64,000 bases of DNA from Euryarchaeota archaeon UBA170 (GCA_002499345.1 DALF01000019.1:11021-75020), one strand, 5' to 3'; counted from the stretch's first letter, positions 17,452 to 27,256 are shown. Program-made: numbers and translations. Notes: generated by a model not told the origin, from the letters alone.

Positions 17452-19113
17452 TTACGACTCTGCATTTTCTTGCTGTGTCTTCCTATGGATATAATCCGAG
17501 TAATTTCCTGGCCACACCCAGAGGCTTCCATCTCCCGGTAACTCCCATATTGTGTCACAAATCTTGTCCAAGAAGTACCTGTCATGGCTAACGGTAATGA
17601 TAGCGCCCTCATAATCTCCTAAAGCTTCCTCGAGAGCCTCCTTGGCGTCCGTATCTAGATGATTGGTGGGCTCGTCTAGGAGTAACATGTTATTCTCCCC
17701 CAGTAGTAGTTCGAGTAATGCAATTCTTGCTCTCTCGCCCCCGCTAAGTTTGCCCAGGGGAACAGTAACCATATCCTTGGTGAACTGAAATCTACCCAAT
17801 AGGGACCTAATTTCGCCATAGTCCATCCTAGGCCTTAGGGCTCTGACTTGCTCTACGGGGTTCATATCAAAATTCAGGGACCTATGATCTTGGTGAAAGT
17901 ATCCAATCTGGACTCCTGGCCTTATGTCTATCCTACCCGAGTCGAGTTTGATCTCTCCTGTAATTAGTCTCAATAATGTAGTTTTTCCAGCTCCATTAGG
18001 GCCAACTACTCCTATTTTCTGGCCTCTTCTAATGCCCACTTCAAGTCCGTTGATAATCGGTCTTTTTAGACCTTCAAATATAAGTTTGGCATTATGGAAA
18101 TCTAGAACCTCGAGACTACTCTTCTCGATTGACTTTAGATTGAACTTAAGATTCTGTCTCTGTCTGGGCTTTAGTGATTTGAGCCACTTTAACTCTCTCT
18201 GAGATCGATTGATCATTACGTGTTTTTGAGATACTGATTTATCATATTTATTTGCCCTCTTCATTGATTGCATAGCTCCTAAAAGTCTCTTTATTTCTTT
18301 CTGGGATTTTTCAATTCTATCCTCTAATGTCTGTAAAAATAGTTCTTTTTGATGAAGAAACGATGTGTAATTTCCACTGTATCCCTTCAGATGGGCGTCT
18401 TGGATCTCGACAATATTGTTGCATACACGATCCAAAAAGTATCTGTCATGGCTAACTATCACTAATGCGCCATCAAATGTGTTCAAGAATTTCTCCAACC
18501 AATCAAGGGTGTGGAAATCTAGATGATTGGTTGGCTCATCTAGGAAGAAGACGTCTATCTCCCTCAATCCTACTAACTGTCTAGCGAGTGCTACCTTGGC
18601 CCTCTCTCCACCCGATAATGAAGACAGGGGCATATCCATTGGGTGGTGTGCGAGATCCAATGCCTTCAGAATCTCCTGTGCGTGACCGGCTACATCTCCT
18701 CCGCCGGATCTTGCCATCAGACTCTGAAGTTCCTGATACCTCTCCATAGAGGGTTGCCAGTCACCATCATAGAATCCAGGATCTGCCATCTTTTCCTCTA
18801 TTTCAGAAATCTCATCCTCTAATTCTTGAAACTGTCTTCCCCTTCTGTTTAGCTCCTCCCCTAAGGTCGCCTCCTCTACGATATCGCGTATCTGTGTAAG
18901 AAATGCTAGTCTCAGGCCAGCAGCGTAAGTTACATCTCCAAGATCTTGATCTTGATTACTAATTGTTCTAAGAAGAGTCGTCTTTCCGGCGCCATTATGA
19001 CCGACTACGCCGATTCGATCTCCCTCATCTATCCTAAGGTTAATTCCTTCGAGAACTGTCGATGGGCCGAATGCTCTGTGTACGTCTTCCAGACGGATTA
19101 GCTCTCTTGCCAC
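17452..19113 (-). CDS. ABC-F family ATPase (EttA/Uup-like translation factor): two ABC cassettes joined by a Lys/Arg-rich linker, no transmembrane domain.
   Basis: Cassette 1: GHNGAGKTTLL / LSGGERAKVALA / FFLDEPTNHLD. Cassette 2: GPNGAGKTTLL / LSGGERARIALL / LLLDEPTNHLD. The basic ~80-aa inter-domain linker is typical of the ABC-F P-site tRNA interaction motif. 553 aa, compared with EttA at 555 aa. Confidence 0.85.
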   Translation of the reverse strand: MARELIRLEDVHRAFGPSTVLEGINLRIDEGDRIGVVGHNGAGKTTLLRTISNQDQDLGDVTYAAGLRLAFLTQIRDIVEEATLGEELNRRGRQFQELEDEISEIEEKMADPGFYDGDWQPSMERYQELQSLMARSGGGDVAGHAQEILKALDLAHHPMDMPLSSLSGGERAKVALARQLVGLREIDVFFLDEPTNHLDFHTLDWLEKFLNTFDGALVIVSHDRYFLDRVCNNIVEIQDAHLKGYSGNYTSFLHQKELFLQTLEDRIEKSQKEIKRLLGAMQSMKRANKYDKSVSQKHVMINRSQRELKWLKSLKPRQRQNLKFNLKSIEKSSLEVLDFHNAKLIFEGLKRPIINGLEVGIRRGQKIGVVGPNGAGKTTLLRLITGEIKLDSGRIDIRPGVQIGYFHQDHRSLNFDMNPVEQVRALRPRMDYGEIRSLLGRFQFTKDMVTVPLGKLSGGERARIALLELLLGENNMLLLDEPTNHLDTDAKEALEEALGDYEGAIITVSHDRYFLDKICDTIWELPGDGSLWVWPGNYSDYIHRKTQQENAES

Positions 19114-19202
19114 GGCGGTCCGTAGGGACGGGGGTTGAAGTGCTCATCGGTCTATTAGGCAGTAACAGGAATAGTCATCAATGATGACGATGCTGTGTAT
19201 TC

Positions 19203-20258
19203 GTGGGCGGGATCAAGGAGTACTGGAACTCAAATAGCCGGAGGAGCAAGGTTTTTTCTGTTGCTACAGTGACTTTGTTGCTTCTAGCACCAATAGTTTG
19301 GTTTGGATTGGGTCATGTGATAGCGATGCAAGCTTTGACTTCTCCACATGGTTGCGGCATATGGGAAACCAATACTCCTACCAATTGGACCTCGAATGAT
19401 GATTGGGAGTCGTTCGAGCCATGGCCTGATTCCGATGAAAGGATATCAATGAGGAAGAACTTTGACGTAGTTCCTTGGCAATTTGAGGACTATGAAAACG
19501 TTAGTTTTGAGAGTCGTGATGGCATAAACCTTGCAGCTTGGTACTCAGAAGTTAATGAGTCTGCACCTGTAGTAATCTTAGTTCATGGGGGCTATCTAAA
19601 TGGGAAGTGTAAGCCTGAAGTTATTCTTACAGCTAGTTATCTAGCAGCCGGGGGAATCAATACTTTGATGATTGATCTTAGGAATAACGGCGATAGTGAA
19701 ATTGTATCTGATTATATGTACCTAGGACAAAAGGAATATCTCGATGTCCTGGGGGCATACGATTGGCTAATTGATGAAAAATCCTATTCATCTTCATCCA
19801 TAGGCTTGATAGGGATATCAACCGGAGCTTTGACGGCATCTTTGGCCTTTGGCGATTCAGAGATTCAAGCATTATGGTTGGACAGCGCAATCATTGATTT
19901 TCCAATGCTGGTCGAGAATGAATTGGAGAGGTTGGGCTATCCAAAAATGCTAGCATCTCCGGCTATAACGATGGGAGAGAGAATTATTGGCATTAATCCA
20001 AATGAAGTCCCTCCCGTTACAGCCGCTTCCAAGGCCGGAGATAGGCCAATGTATCTAACGCATGGAGAAGACGATGGGAGAATATCTCCCCAGCACTCAC
20101 AGAAATTCTATGATGAAGCGATTTCCTCGGATGCTAATGTTACATTGTGGATGATTGATGGCAGTGGGCATGTTGATGCCGTTTGGGAGCATCAGATTGA
20201 ATACCAAGAGAGATTGGTTAGCTTCTTCAGTGGGGCGTTGGAAAATAAGATTATATGA
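19203..20258 (+). CDS. Alpha/beta-hydrolase-fold protein with an N-terminal membrane anchor (lipase/esterase or peptidase S9-like).
   Basis: N-terminal TM helix, HGG oxyanion motif (ILVHGGY), nucleophile elbow GISTG, C-terminal His. Confidence 0.7.
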   Translation: MGGIKEYWNSNSRRSKVFSVATVTLLLLAPIVWFGLGHVIAMQALTSPHGCGIWETNTPTNWTSNDDWESFEPWPDSDERISMRKNFDVVPWQFEDYENVSFESRDGINLAAWYSEVNESAPVVILVHGGYLNGKCKPEVILTASYLAAGGINTLMIDLRNNGDSEIVSDYMYLGQKEYLDVLGAYDWLIDEKSYSSSSIGLIGISTGALTASLAFGDSEIQALWLDSAIIDFPMLVENELERLGYPKMLASPAITMGERIIGINPNEVPPVTAASKAGDRPMYLTHGEDDGRISPQHSQKFYDEAISSDANVTLWMIDGSGHVDAVWEHQIEYQERLVSFFSGALENKII

Positions 20259-20712
20259 AATCCTTTGGCCTGATAAAATCGATAAGATTCCATGAATCGC
20301 CTTCCTCTCTGATTAATGCCGCAGAGGCAGTAGGCATGACTTGCAAATTTCCAGTCAGAGATTCCAATAACATCTCACACCCTGGATTATGACCTATTAT
20401 CATTGTAGTTGAGTCATCATCTAGATCCCTTGATATTGATAGCAATACTTGTATGGGGGCAAGATATAATCCAGATGCGAACTCCCTTGGAAGATCAGAA
20501 AATTCGGAACCGAGTGCATCAAAAGTCTGTGTAGTCCTCAAGGAGGTACTAACCAATATCTTATCCGGTTTCCAACCACATCGTAAGATCTCGTTAGCAG
20601 TTGATGGAGCGTCTCTGAGGCCTCTTGAGTCTAGTGGCCTGTCGTGATCTTGTAGATTGGGGGCATCTCTACTGCTATGGGCATGCCTCATAATTACCAA
20701 GCGTCTATTCAT
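20251..20712 (-). CDS. Histidine-phosphatase superfamily protein (SixA/phosphoglycerate-mutase-like).
   Basis: N-terminal LVIMRHAHS (RHG catalytic motif), ~150 aa, later conserved His. Overlaps the convergent hydrolase gene by 8 bp. Confidence 0.6.
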   Translation of the reverse strand: MNRRLVIMRHAHSSRDAPNLQDHDRPLDSRGLRDAPSTANEILRCGWKPDKILVSTSLRTTQTFDALGSEFSDLPREFASGLYLAPIQVLLSISRDLDDDSTTMIIGHNPGCEMLLESLTGNLQVMPTASAALIREEGDSWNLIDFIRPKDFI

Positions 20713-20715
20713 GAC

Positions 20716-21504
20716 CTATTCCTCGGAGAATTTGGGATCTCTTTTTTCCATGAAGGCTGCAACTCCCTCAGCGAAGTCTGGCGACTGGGCTGAGGATACC
20801 ATCAAGGCTCTCTCAAATTCTAATTGGGTCTCGAAAAATGTGGATGTGGAAGCATCTAGGAGTTGCTTGGTCGATCTACGACTATTTACAGACCATTTTC
20901 CCCAATCTTTTGCAGTCTTTATTGAACGCTCCAGTAGATCTTCAGAAGATGTTACCTCGTCAATAGCCCCAAATGCAAGAGCTTCATTAGCTGACCATAC
21001 CTCATTGTTGAAGAAGAATTTCTTAGCTCTTTGGCTTCCTACAAGCCTTGGGAGTAACCATGTGGTCCCTCCATCTGGAGACGCACCCAATCCGAAGAAT
21101 GCGGCTGCTATCTTTGCTTTTTCTGAGCATATCCTATAGTCTGCGGAGAGAGCTAGTCCAAGTCCGCCGCCGGCCGCCGCACCATTAATAGCGGCAATGA
21201 AGACTGTCTCATTGGCTCTGATTTTTAGGATTAGGGAATGAAGAGAGTTTGTCATTTCACTAACCATGTTTCCTATAGTTCCATCATCTATAGCTTCTGC
21301 AAATTCATCAATAGGCCCTCCGGCACTGAAGAATCTACCAGAACCTGTAAGGATAACTGCCCTACATGAGGGATCTTCCATTAGAGATTCTATTTGTCTG
21401 ACTAATGGCTGGAAGTTTTCTGGATTGAATGTATTTCTAGAAGCTTCCAATGACATAGTCAGGATTGCAACTCCTCCATCTTGACGCTCGACGGTGGAAG
21501 ACAT
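20716..21504 (-). CDS. Enoyl-CoA hydratase/isomerase family protein.
   Basis: Crotonase-fold pattern (AAINGAAAGGGLGLALSADYRI). Confidence 0.8.
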   Translation of the reverse strand: MSSTVERQDGGVAILTMSLEASRNTFNPENFQPLVRQIESLMEDPSCRAVILTGSGRFFSAGGPIDEFAEAIDDGTIGNMVSEMTNSLHSLILKIRANETVFIAAINGAAAGGGLGLALSADYRICSEKAKIAAAFFGLGASPDGGTTWLLPRLVGSQRAKKFFFNNEVWSANEALAFGAIDEVTSSEDLLERSIKTAKDWGKWSVNSRRSTKQLLDASTSTFFETQLEFERALMVSSAQSPDFAEGVAAFMEKRDPKFSEE

Positions 21505-21506
21505 GA

Positions 21507-22991
21507 TTGTCGAAGAGGGGCCTCATTATTGAACTCCATGAAGGTGATAAGTATAACCTCACTGGGATGTACATGATTACACGAGATGCCATATATATCG
21601 GCGGAGAGTGGGTCCCTGCCAGTGGAGAAGAAAAAATTGAGGTCATTAATCCAGCGACAGAGGAGATAATCGGCACTGTGCCTGTTGGCTCAAAAAGTGA
21701 TATAAATGATGCAATTTATGCTGCAAGATCAGCCTTCTCATCGTGGTCTAAATCTAGTATAGAAGTAAGGCAGGGCTATCTAAATGCCATATCTGCCGCT
21801 ATCTCAGAGAGAGGGGAAGAGATTGCAGAGGTAATCACTTCCGAAGTTGGTACTCCCATCAATTATTCAAAAATGGCCATGGTCGGGACCCCTAGGGTAG
21901 TTGCTAGGTCATATGCCAAGATCCTTGACTCATTTGAATGGGAGGAGGAAGTAAGAAATTCATTGATCGTCAAGGAGCCGATTGGCGTGGTCGGCATGAT
22001 AACACCATGGAATTTTCCACTTCATCAGATAGTCGGGAAGGTTGCGCCCGCGCTAGCTTCTGGGTGTACGATGATTCTGAAGCCGTCCAAGGAAGCCCCT
22101 CTAAATGCGTTTATTCTTGCTGATATCATCCATGAGTGCGGAGTTCCTGCAGGAGTATTCAACCTAGTTTCTGGACATGGCAGGGAAATTGGTGAGTCTA
22201 TCTCATCTCATCCTGATGTAGATATGGTGAGCTTTACAGGTTCCACAGCCGCGGGAGTCAGCGTTTCTAAGGCGGCATCAGAAACCGTGAAGAGAGTGAC
22301 TCTAGAGCTCGGTGGAAAGAGTGCGAATATTATCCTCGACGATGCAGACATGGTCAAGGCTGCTAAAATGTCAGTTTATTCTTGTTTCAATAATTCTGGA
22401 CAGGAGTGTTCGTCATTAAGTCGTCTTCTCATTCCATCTAGTCATCGTGATGAGATTATCAAAGTGATTACTTCGACAATGGAGAGATACACCGTTGGAG
22501 ATCCAATGAATGAGTCCATTAAGTGTGGACCAATGGTTTCTCAAAGCCAGCAAGAGTCTGTCAGTGGATATATTTCCAAAGGCATTGCCGAAGGAGCGAC
22601 TTTAATTTCAGGAGGTCTTGGGTCACCGGATGGAATTTCAAAGGGTTTCTTCGTAAAGCCGACTGTTTTCGCAGATGTTACCCCTGAAATGACTATCTTC
22701 AGGGAGGAGATTTTCGGACCTGTACTTTCCATAAGCACCTATGAGACAGAAGAGGAGGCGATAATGATGGCAAATGACTCTGAGTATGGCCTATCTGGTG
22801 GCGTCTGGTCGGGAGACGAGGGGCGGGCTATGCGTGTTGCCATGGAGATGAGGACCGGTCAGGTCAGCATCAATGGAGGTGCCTTCAACATCAGTGCCCC
22901 ATTCGGAGGCTACAAGCTCTCGGGCAATGGAAGGGAGCTTGGTTCCCACGGCCTAGAAGAGTTCCTAGAAATCAAGGCCATCCAGAGATAG
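21507..22991 (+). CDS. NAD(P)+-dependent aldehyde dehydrogenase.
   Basis: ELGGKSANII (catalytic Glu), FNNSGQECSS (catalytic Cys), Rossmann region. The conserved core begins at MYMITR, so the N-terminal region of the ORF may be non-coding. Confidence 0.85.
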   Translation: MSKRGLIIELHEGDKYNLTGMYMITRDAIYIGGEWVPASGEEKIEVINPATEEIIGTVPVGSKSDINDAIYAARSAFSSWSKSSIEVRQGYLNAISAAISERGEEIAEVITSEVGTPINYSKMAMVGTPRVVARSYAKILDSFEWEEEVRNSLIVKEPIGVVGMITPWNFPLHQIVGKVAPALASGCTMILKPSKEAPLNAFILADIIHECGVPAGVFNLVSGHGREIGESISSHPDVDMVSFTGSTAAGVSVSKAASETVKRVTLELGGKSANIILDDADMVKAAKMSVYSCFNNSGQECSSLSRLLIPSSHRDEIIKVITSTMERYTVGDPMNESIKCGPMVSQSQQESVSGYISKGIAEGATLISGGLGSPDGISKGFFVKPTVFADVTPEMTIFREEIFGPVLSISTYETEEEAIMMANDSEYGLSGGVWSGDEGRAMRVAMEMRTGQVSINGGAFNISAPFGGYKLSGNGRELGSHGLEEFLEIKAIQR

Positions 22992-23001
22992 ACTGGTTAG
23001 A

Positions 23002-23853
23002 TCAATTTCCTACCCACTCAGCATCCTTGCGTTCAAGGAATGCTTGAACTCCAATCTCCTTGTCTTCCGTATCGAACAGGGCGACGAATTCTGATCTTTC
23101 AGTCAAAACTCCCTCGCTGAATGGTAGTTCCAGCGAGGCGCGAATCGCCCTCTTGGCAACTTTAGTTGTGTAGGGGGACTTCTTTGCGATGATGTTTGCT
23201 AAATCCATTGTCGACTCTTCGAGTTCCTCTGGCTTTACCACTTTATTCACCAACCCAATTTCGAGAGCGTCTTTTGCATTTATCATCTCTCCTGCTAAAA
23301 CAATCTCCATGGCCTTCCCATATCCAACAAGTCTGGAAAGTCTCTGTGTCCCTCCGCCTCCTGGAATTAGTCCCAAATTTATCTCGGGCTGGCCGAACAT
23401 CGATCTTTCTGAGGCTATTCTAATATCACATGATAGAGCGAGTTCGGTCCCTCCTCCGAGGGCGAAGCCGTCCACCATAGCTATTGTCGGCTTGGACAGG
23501 TTCCAAATCGCTTCCCAGGCGTTGTCTTCGAAAAATGGTCTTACGTCATCCGAGTTCTTACCTGAAAATTCTGAGATATCTGCACCAGCTGCGAATGAGT
23601 GGGGCTTCTTCCTCTTTCCCTCTGGTGGCTCTGATGGCTGTGCCCCTCTGATAATCACACATCTCACTCTATCGTCCGAATCGGCCCTTTTACATTGTTT
23701 TTTTATTGAAAGATGTATTTTTTCGTTTAGTGCATTGAGTTTCTCAGGTCTATTAAGAGTCCATACAGATACCAATCCCCCAGGAGGGCTTGATCCATCA
23801 ATCTCAATATCCGTAACCAACAATACGTCTTCTTCCATGTTTATCGCAGACAT
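23002..23853 (-). CDS. Enoyl-CoA hydratase/isomerase family protein.
   Basis: MVDGFALGGGTELALSCDIRIA crotonase signature. Confidence 0.8.
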   Translation of the reverse strand: MSAINMEEDVLLVTDIEIDGSSPPGGLVSVWTLNRPEKLNALNEKIHLSIKKQCKRADSDDRVRCVIIRGAQPSEPPEGKRKKPHSFAAGADISEFSGKNSDDVRPFFEDNAWEAIWNLSKPTIAMVDGFALGGGTELALSCDIRIASERSMFGQPEINLGLIPGGGGTQRLSRLVGYGKAMEIVLAGEMINAKDALEIGLVNKVVKPEELEESTMDLANIIAKKSPYTTKVAKRAIRASLELPFSEGVLTERSEFVALFDTEDKEIGVQAFLERKDAEWVGN

Positions 23854-23871
23854 GGATGTGGTTTCAACGTA

Positions 23872-24816
23872 TCATTGACTGCCATCTGAGTTGACAACGG
23901 GGGGGAGTGGGGGCATACCGGGAGGAGGGAGTGGGGGCATACCGGGAGGAGGGAGTGGGGGCATACCGGGAGGCAAGGGCGTCTGACTCGCTTCTTGAGA
24001 GGGCGTCTCGACCATTGTCTGCCCCTCCTTTTGGGGAATTTCCAAAGGTGATCTGATCATCAAAACTCTGTTTGAGTCTATTCTGAAGTAAGTTATTCCA
24101 AGGGGCTTTCCAGTATCTGGATTTTCAGGTTCTTCAAAGACCTGAATATCATGTTCTCCATCTCTGAGCAATGATGCTAGGTCCTCTCCATCCTCTGCCT
24201 CAGACCACTTCCTAGCCATGGATGCCTTCCTTTCAGCGAGTTTCATCCTTCTTCTTCGCTCGATATCAGAGAGCATCTTCTCCCTTTTCTCTCTTCTCTG
24301 GGCTATGAATCCTTCAATTTCTTCTTCTTCGTCGGAAACTGCGTCTCCCTTGGCAACATATTTCATTGCGATATTAGCACCCTCAGGCATGATTGGAGGG
24401 TCAATTTTGATACCCGTATCATCTGATAGTTGAGCATTTCCTTGGGGAGTCGTGATGACTGGCAGTGAGGGAGGTGGAATCATTACAGGCAAAGGGGGCA
24501 TTGGCATCATTGGAGAAGTGGGTGGCCTTCCACGTGATCTCCTCAATTCGGAGTCTTCTACTTCAGATACCTCTACTGATTCATCCTCTGACAGATTTAT
24601 TTCAGGTTCCAACGGAGGGGAGATTGATTCGGATTTTTCTCGAGTGGGAATGACCATCTTCTCACGGCCGGTAAAAATCAGAAGAGAAGCTAGGGCCAAG
24701 AGAACAGTTCCTCCGGCTATTCTCTGTGTTAAATCGACCTCTCCTTGAAAGGCCAAAAAGAGTATCATGCCTACAATTAGGGCAATCCAATTGATTAGTC
24801 TAGTCAGAGAAACCAT
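23872..24816 (-). CDS. Hypothetical membrane protein: N-terminal TM hairpin, acidic/charged middle, C-terminal proline-rich tandem repeat (PGMPPLPP x3).
   Basis: Two N-terminal hydrophobic helices; C-terminus LPPGMPPLPPPGMPPLPPPGMPPLPPVV is encoded by a perfect DNA tandem repeat. Confidence 0.5.
   Translation of the reverse strand: MVSLTRLINWIALIVGMILFLAFQGEVDLTQRIAGGTVLLALASLLIFTGREKMVIPTREKSESISPPLEPEINLSEDESVEVSEVEDSELRRSRGRPPTSPMMPMPPLPVMIPPPSLPVITTPQGNAQLSDDTGIKIDPPIMPEGANIAMKYVAKGDAVSDEEEEIEGFIAQRREKREKMLSDIERRRRMKLAERKASMARKWSEAEDGEDLASLLRDGEHDIQVFEEPENPDTGKPLGITYFRIDSNRVLMIRSPLEIPQKEGQTMVETPSQEASQTPLPPGMPPLPPPGMPPLPPPGMPPLPPVVNSDGSQ
23903..23974. repeat. Perfect 24-bp tandem repeat x3 (GGGAGTGGGGGCATACCGGGAGGA; the last unit ends in C) inside the 3' end of CDS 23872..24816.
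   Basis: Direct inspection: units at 23903-23926, 23927-23950 and 23951-23974; in-frame, encoding PGMPPLPP on the minus strand. Confidence 0.9.
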
Positions 24817-24850
24817 GCCACTCCCAGCCTTGACAGGAGGGGGTATAACT

Positions 24851-25444
24851 TCACATTGACGGATGAGTGATGGCTTCAGACAGCGCCTTCAGAGATTTTC
24901 CCCTGTGTGATAATGTTGATTTTTGTGATTTGCTCATTTGTCCGAAAGACAATCCATTTGAGTCATCTGGAAAAAAGATTGGATCATAGCCGAAACCGCC
25001 GTCTCCGCATATATTTTCACCTATCTTTCCTCTGCAGACTCCAGTCGTCACTATTCGAGTACCATTCATCATCAGAACAGTCACCGCTCTGTACTCACAG
25101 TGTCTTTTTCTTTCTTCACTCATTAGTTTTAGAATACCATCAAGTCCAATCGTCTCGAAAACATATGATGAATAGACGCCGGGAAACCCATTTAATGAGT
25201 CTATGAATAGTCCAGAATCCTCGACTAGGATTGCGCAGTTCATAACTTCTGATTCTGATAACATATTAATTGCCTGCTTAGATTTTGAAATGGCTACTTC
25301 CATCAGTTCTGATGACTGTGGTTCAATAAAATCTGGAGGTTGTCCATCAATAATGAGAAGCTCAACGTTGTGCCCTAGTGGCTCTAGATACTCTCTAGCC
25401 TCATCTAACTTTTTTGAATTGCCTGTTGCAAAAATTATTCTCAT
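24851..25444 (-). CDS. rdgB: Non-canonical purine NTP pyrophosphatase (Ham1/RdgB/ITPase family).
   Basis: IIFATGNSKK, GFGYDPIF and SHR motifs; 197 aa. Confidence 0.85.
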   Translation of the reverse strand: MRIIFATGNSKKLDEAREYLEPLGHNVELLIIDGQPPDFIEPQSSELMEVAISKSKQAINMLSESEVMNCAILVEDSGLFIDSLNGFPGVYSSYVFETIGLDGILKLMSEERKRHCEYRAVTVLMMNGTRIVTTGVCRGKIGENICGDGGFGYDPIFFPDDSNGLSFGQMSKSQKSTLSHRGKSLKALSEAITHPSM

Positions 25445-25448
25445 TAAA

Positions 25449-26072
25449 CTACCCCATATATCTGACCCGATTCCTGATTTGATTGAACCTAGAAATTACT
25501 GACTCCGGGCTATAAGGAGATTCGGTGGATGACGATTCACTATATCCAATTAGTACGTCCTCAATCCCTTTTTCAAGCTCAGAATGACTCGCTGAAAGAC
25601 ATTCATTCAATACTTGGAGATCCTGTCCCATATGCTCCAGTTCTGCAGAAATCCTAGATAGTCCGAAATCAAGTAATGATATTTTTCCTGTTCCATCAAT
25701 CATGATGTTATGAGTTGTTAAATCTCCATGTGAGAGGCCAAGTTCATGTAGTTCTCTAATTTTTTCACCTATTTTAAACATGTAATCTTCTCCTATTGAG
25801 TCTCCGACTAGTGATTCATAGATTGGGTTTCCTCCAAGTTTAGAAAGTACCATCCAACCCTCCTCATGATTTATCTGAAGGAGTCTGGGTGCAGAGAATT
25901 GAGTAATCTGTAATCTGGAAAGTACCTTGGCCTCTACAGTAATTCTACTCTTCGTCAGCCTGGCATCTAATTCCATATGCCTGTAACCCCTTCTCCTACG
26001 TGACTTGAGTACTGCTGGGATGCCTAGCCATAAGCCTGAAGTTACCCTCGCCTCGGCCCCGATATGAATCAT
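25449..26072 (-). CDS. Bud32/PRPK-like RIO-type kinase (KEOPS complex subunit).
   Basis: Kinase catalytic loop LSHGDLTTHNIMI and DFGLS; about 205 aa if started at MIHIGAEA (the track ORF extends to 26111). Confidence 0.75.
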   Translation of the reverse strand: MIHIGAEARVTSGLWLGIPAVLKSRRRRGYRHMELDARLTKSRITVEAKVLSRLQITQFSAPRLLQINHEEGWMVLSKLGGNPIYESLVGDSIGEDYMFKIGEKIRELHELGLSHGDLTTHNIMIDGTGKISLLDFGLSRISAELEHMGQDLQVLNECLSASHSELEKGIEDVLIGYSESSSTESPYSPESVISRFNQIRNRVRYMG

Positions 26073-26171
26073 TTCAGACTCTTTCCAATATTGGAAGCAT
26101 GGGCCGGCCATGGCTATGGGAGGTCACATACCTTGAAAGCGATTCCACCGAAGCGAACTCTGGAGAAACAT

Positions 26172-27251
26172 ATGGAAATGCCATCAGCGCCTTCGCCAAG
26201 AGGGCTAGTAGTGCCGAAGTTCTTCTCCGAAGAGGAGATTGAATTAGAGGCAAAAAGACTGTTTGAAGCAATAGGCCAGAGCTCCCGATGGAATATGAGA
26301 ATTTGTAGATCAATTTCACCATTGACATTAGAAATTAACCATTTAAAGAAGCAGAAAGATGTTTTTCTGATAGCTCATTCATATCAAACCCCAGACATTG
26401 TCTACGGCGTTGCTGATTCTGTATCCGATAGTTACACTTTGTCTAAAGCAGCACGGGATGCTCCCCAGAGGACCATTCTCTTCTCTAGTGTGAGATTCAT
26501 GGCCGAAACCGCAAAGATTGTCAGTCCTCACAAAACCGTTTTACATCCATCTCCTGATGCCGGCTGCTCATTGAGTGATGGGATTAATGCGGACGATGTG
26601 ATCAAATTAAAGGAGAAATACCCGGGGGTTCCTGTAGCATGCTACATCAATACTACAGCATCAGTCAAGGCAGAATGCGATGTTTGCGTAACTAGTAGCA
26701 ACTATCTGAAAATATGCGAGAGACTCCCGGGAGATAAGGTAATTTTTGTTCCGGATAGATTCATGGGAAAACATATCCAAAAACATCTTCAAGGTAGGAA
26801 AGAAGTGATTATTTTCGATGGAGAATGTGAGGTTCACGCCGAGTTCACTGGGGAAAAGGTAATTTCATGGAGAGAGAGGATGAGTTCTATCGGTATCGAC
26901 CTTCAAGTTCTTGCACATCCGGAATGCGACGCAGGAGTTTTGGAAGAGAGCGACTTTGTCGGAAGTAGTGAGCTTTTGATGAAGGAAGCTATGCGATTAG
27001 CTTCGATAGGGAGTCAGGATATCATGCTAATTACTGAGTGTGGGACAGCTGAGAGAGTACTTGCAGAGAGTGAATATGAGATAAATCTCCTAGGCGCCTG
27101 TGTCATGTGCAGACACATGAAAAGGACTCAACTAGAGGATATCCTACAGGCACTCAGGGACCCCATGCCAGATCAGATAATTGAGATTGATGAAAATATA
27201 ATTAATCGTGCGAGAAAATCACTTGATGAAATGTTCAGACTTGCTGAATAG
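26172..27251 (+). CDS. nadA: Quinolinate synthase NadA.
   Basis: FLIAHSYQ, DSYTLSKAA, VRFMAETAKIVSP, GCSL, YINTTASVKA, AHPEC, TECG motifs parallel E. coli NadA. Start probably MEMPS (26172) rather than 26064. Confidence 0.85.
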   Translation: MEMPSAPSPRGLVVPKFFSEEEIELEAKRLFEAIGQSSRWNMRICRSISPLTLEINHLKKQKDVFLIAHSYQTPDIVYGVADSVSDSYTLSKAARDAPQRTILFSSVRFMAETAKIVSPHKTVLHPSPDAGCSLSDGINADDVIKLKEKYPGVPVACYINTTASVKAECDVCVTSSNYLKICERLPGDKVIFVPDRFMGKHIQKHLQGRKEVIIFDGECEVHAEFTGEKVISWRERMSSIGIDLQVLAHPECDAGVLEESDFVGSSELLMKEAMRLASIGSQDIMLITECGTAERVLAESEYEINLLGACVMCRHMKRTQLEDILQALRDPMPDQIIEIDENIINRARKSLDEMFRLAE

Positions 27252-27256
27252 AAGTG

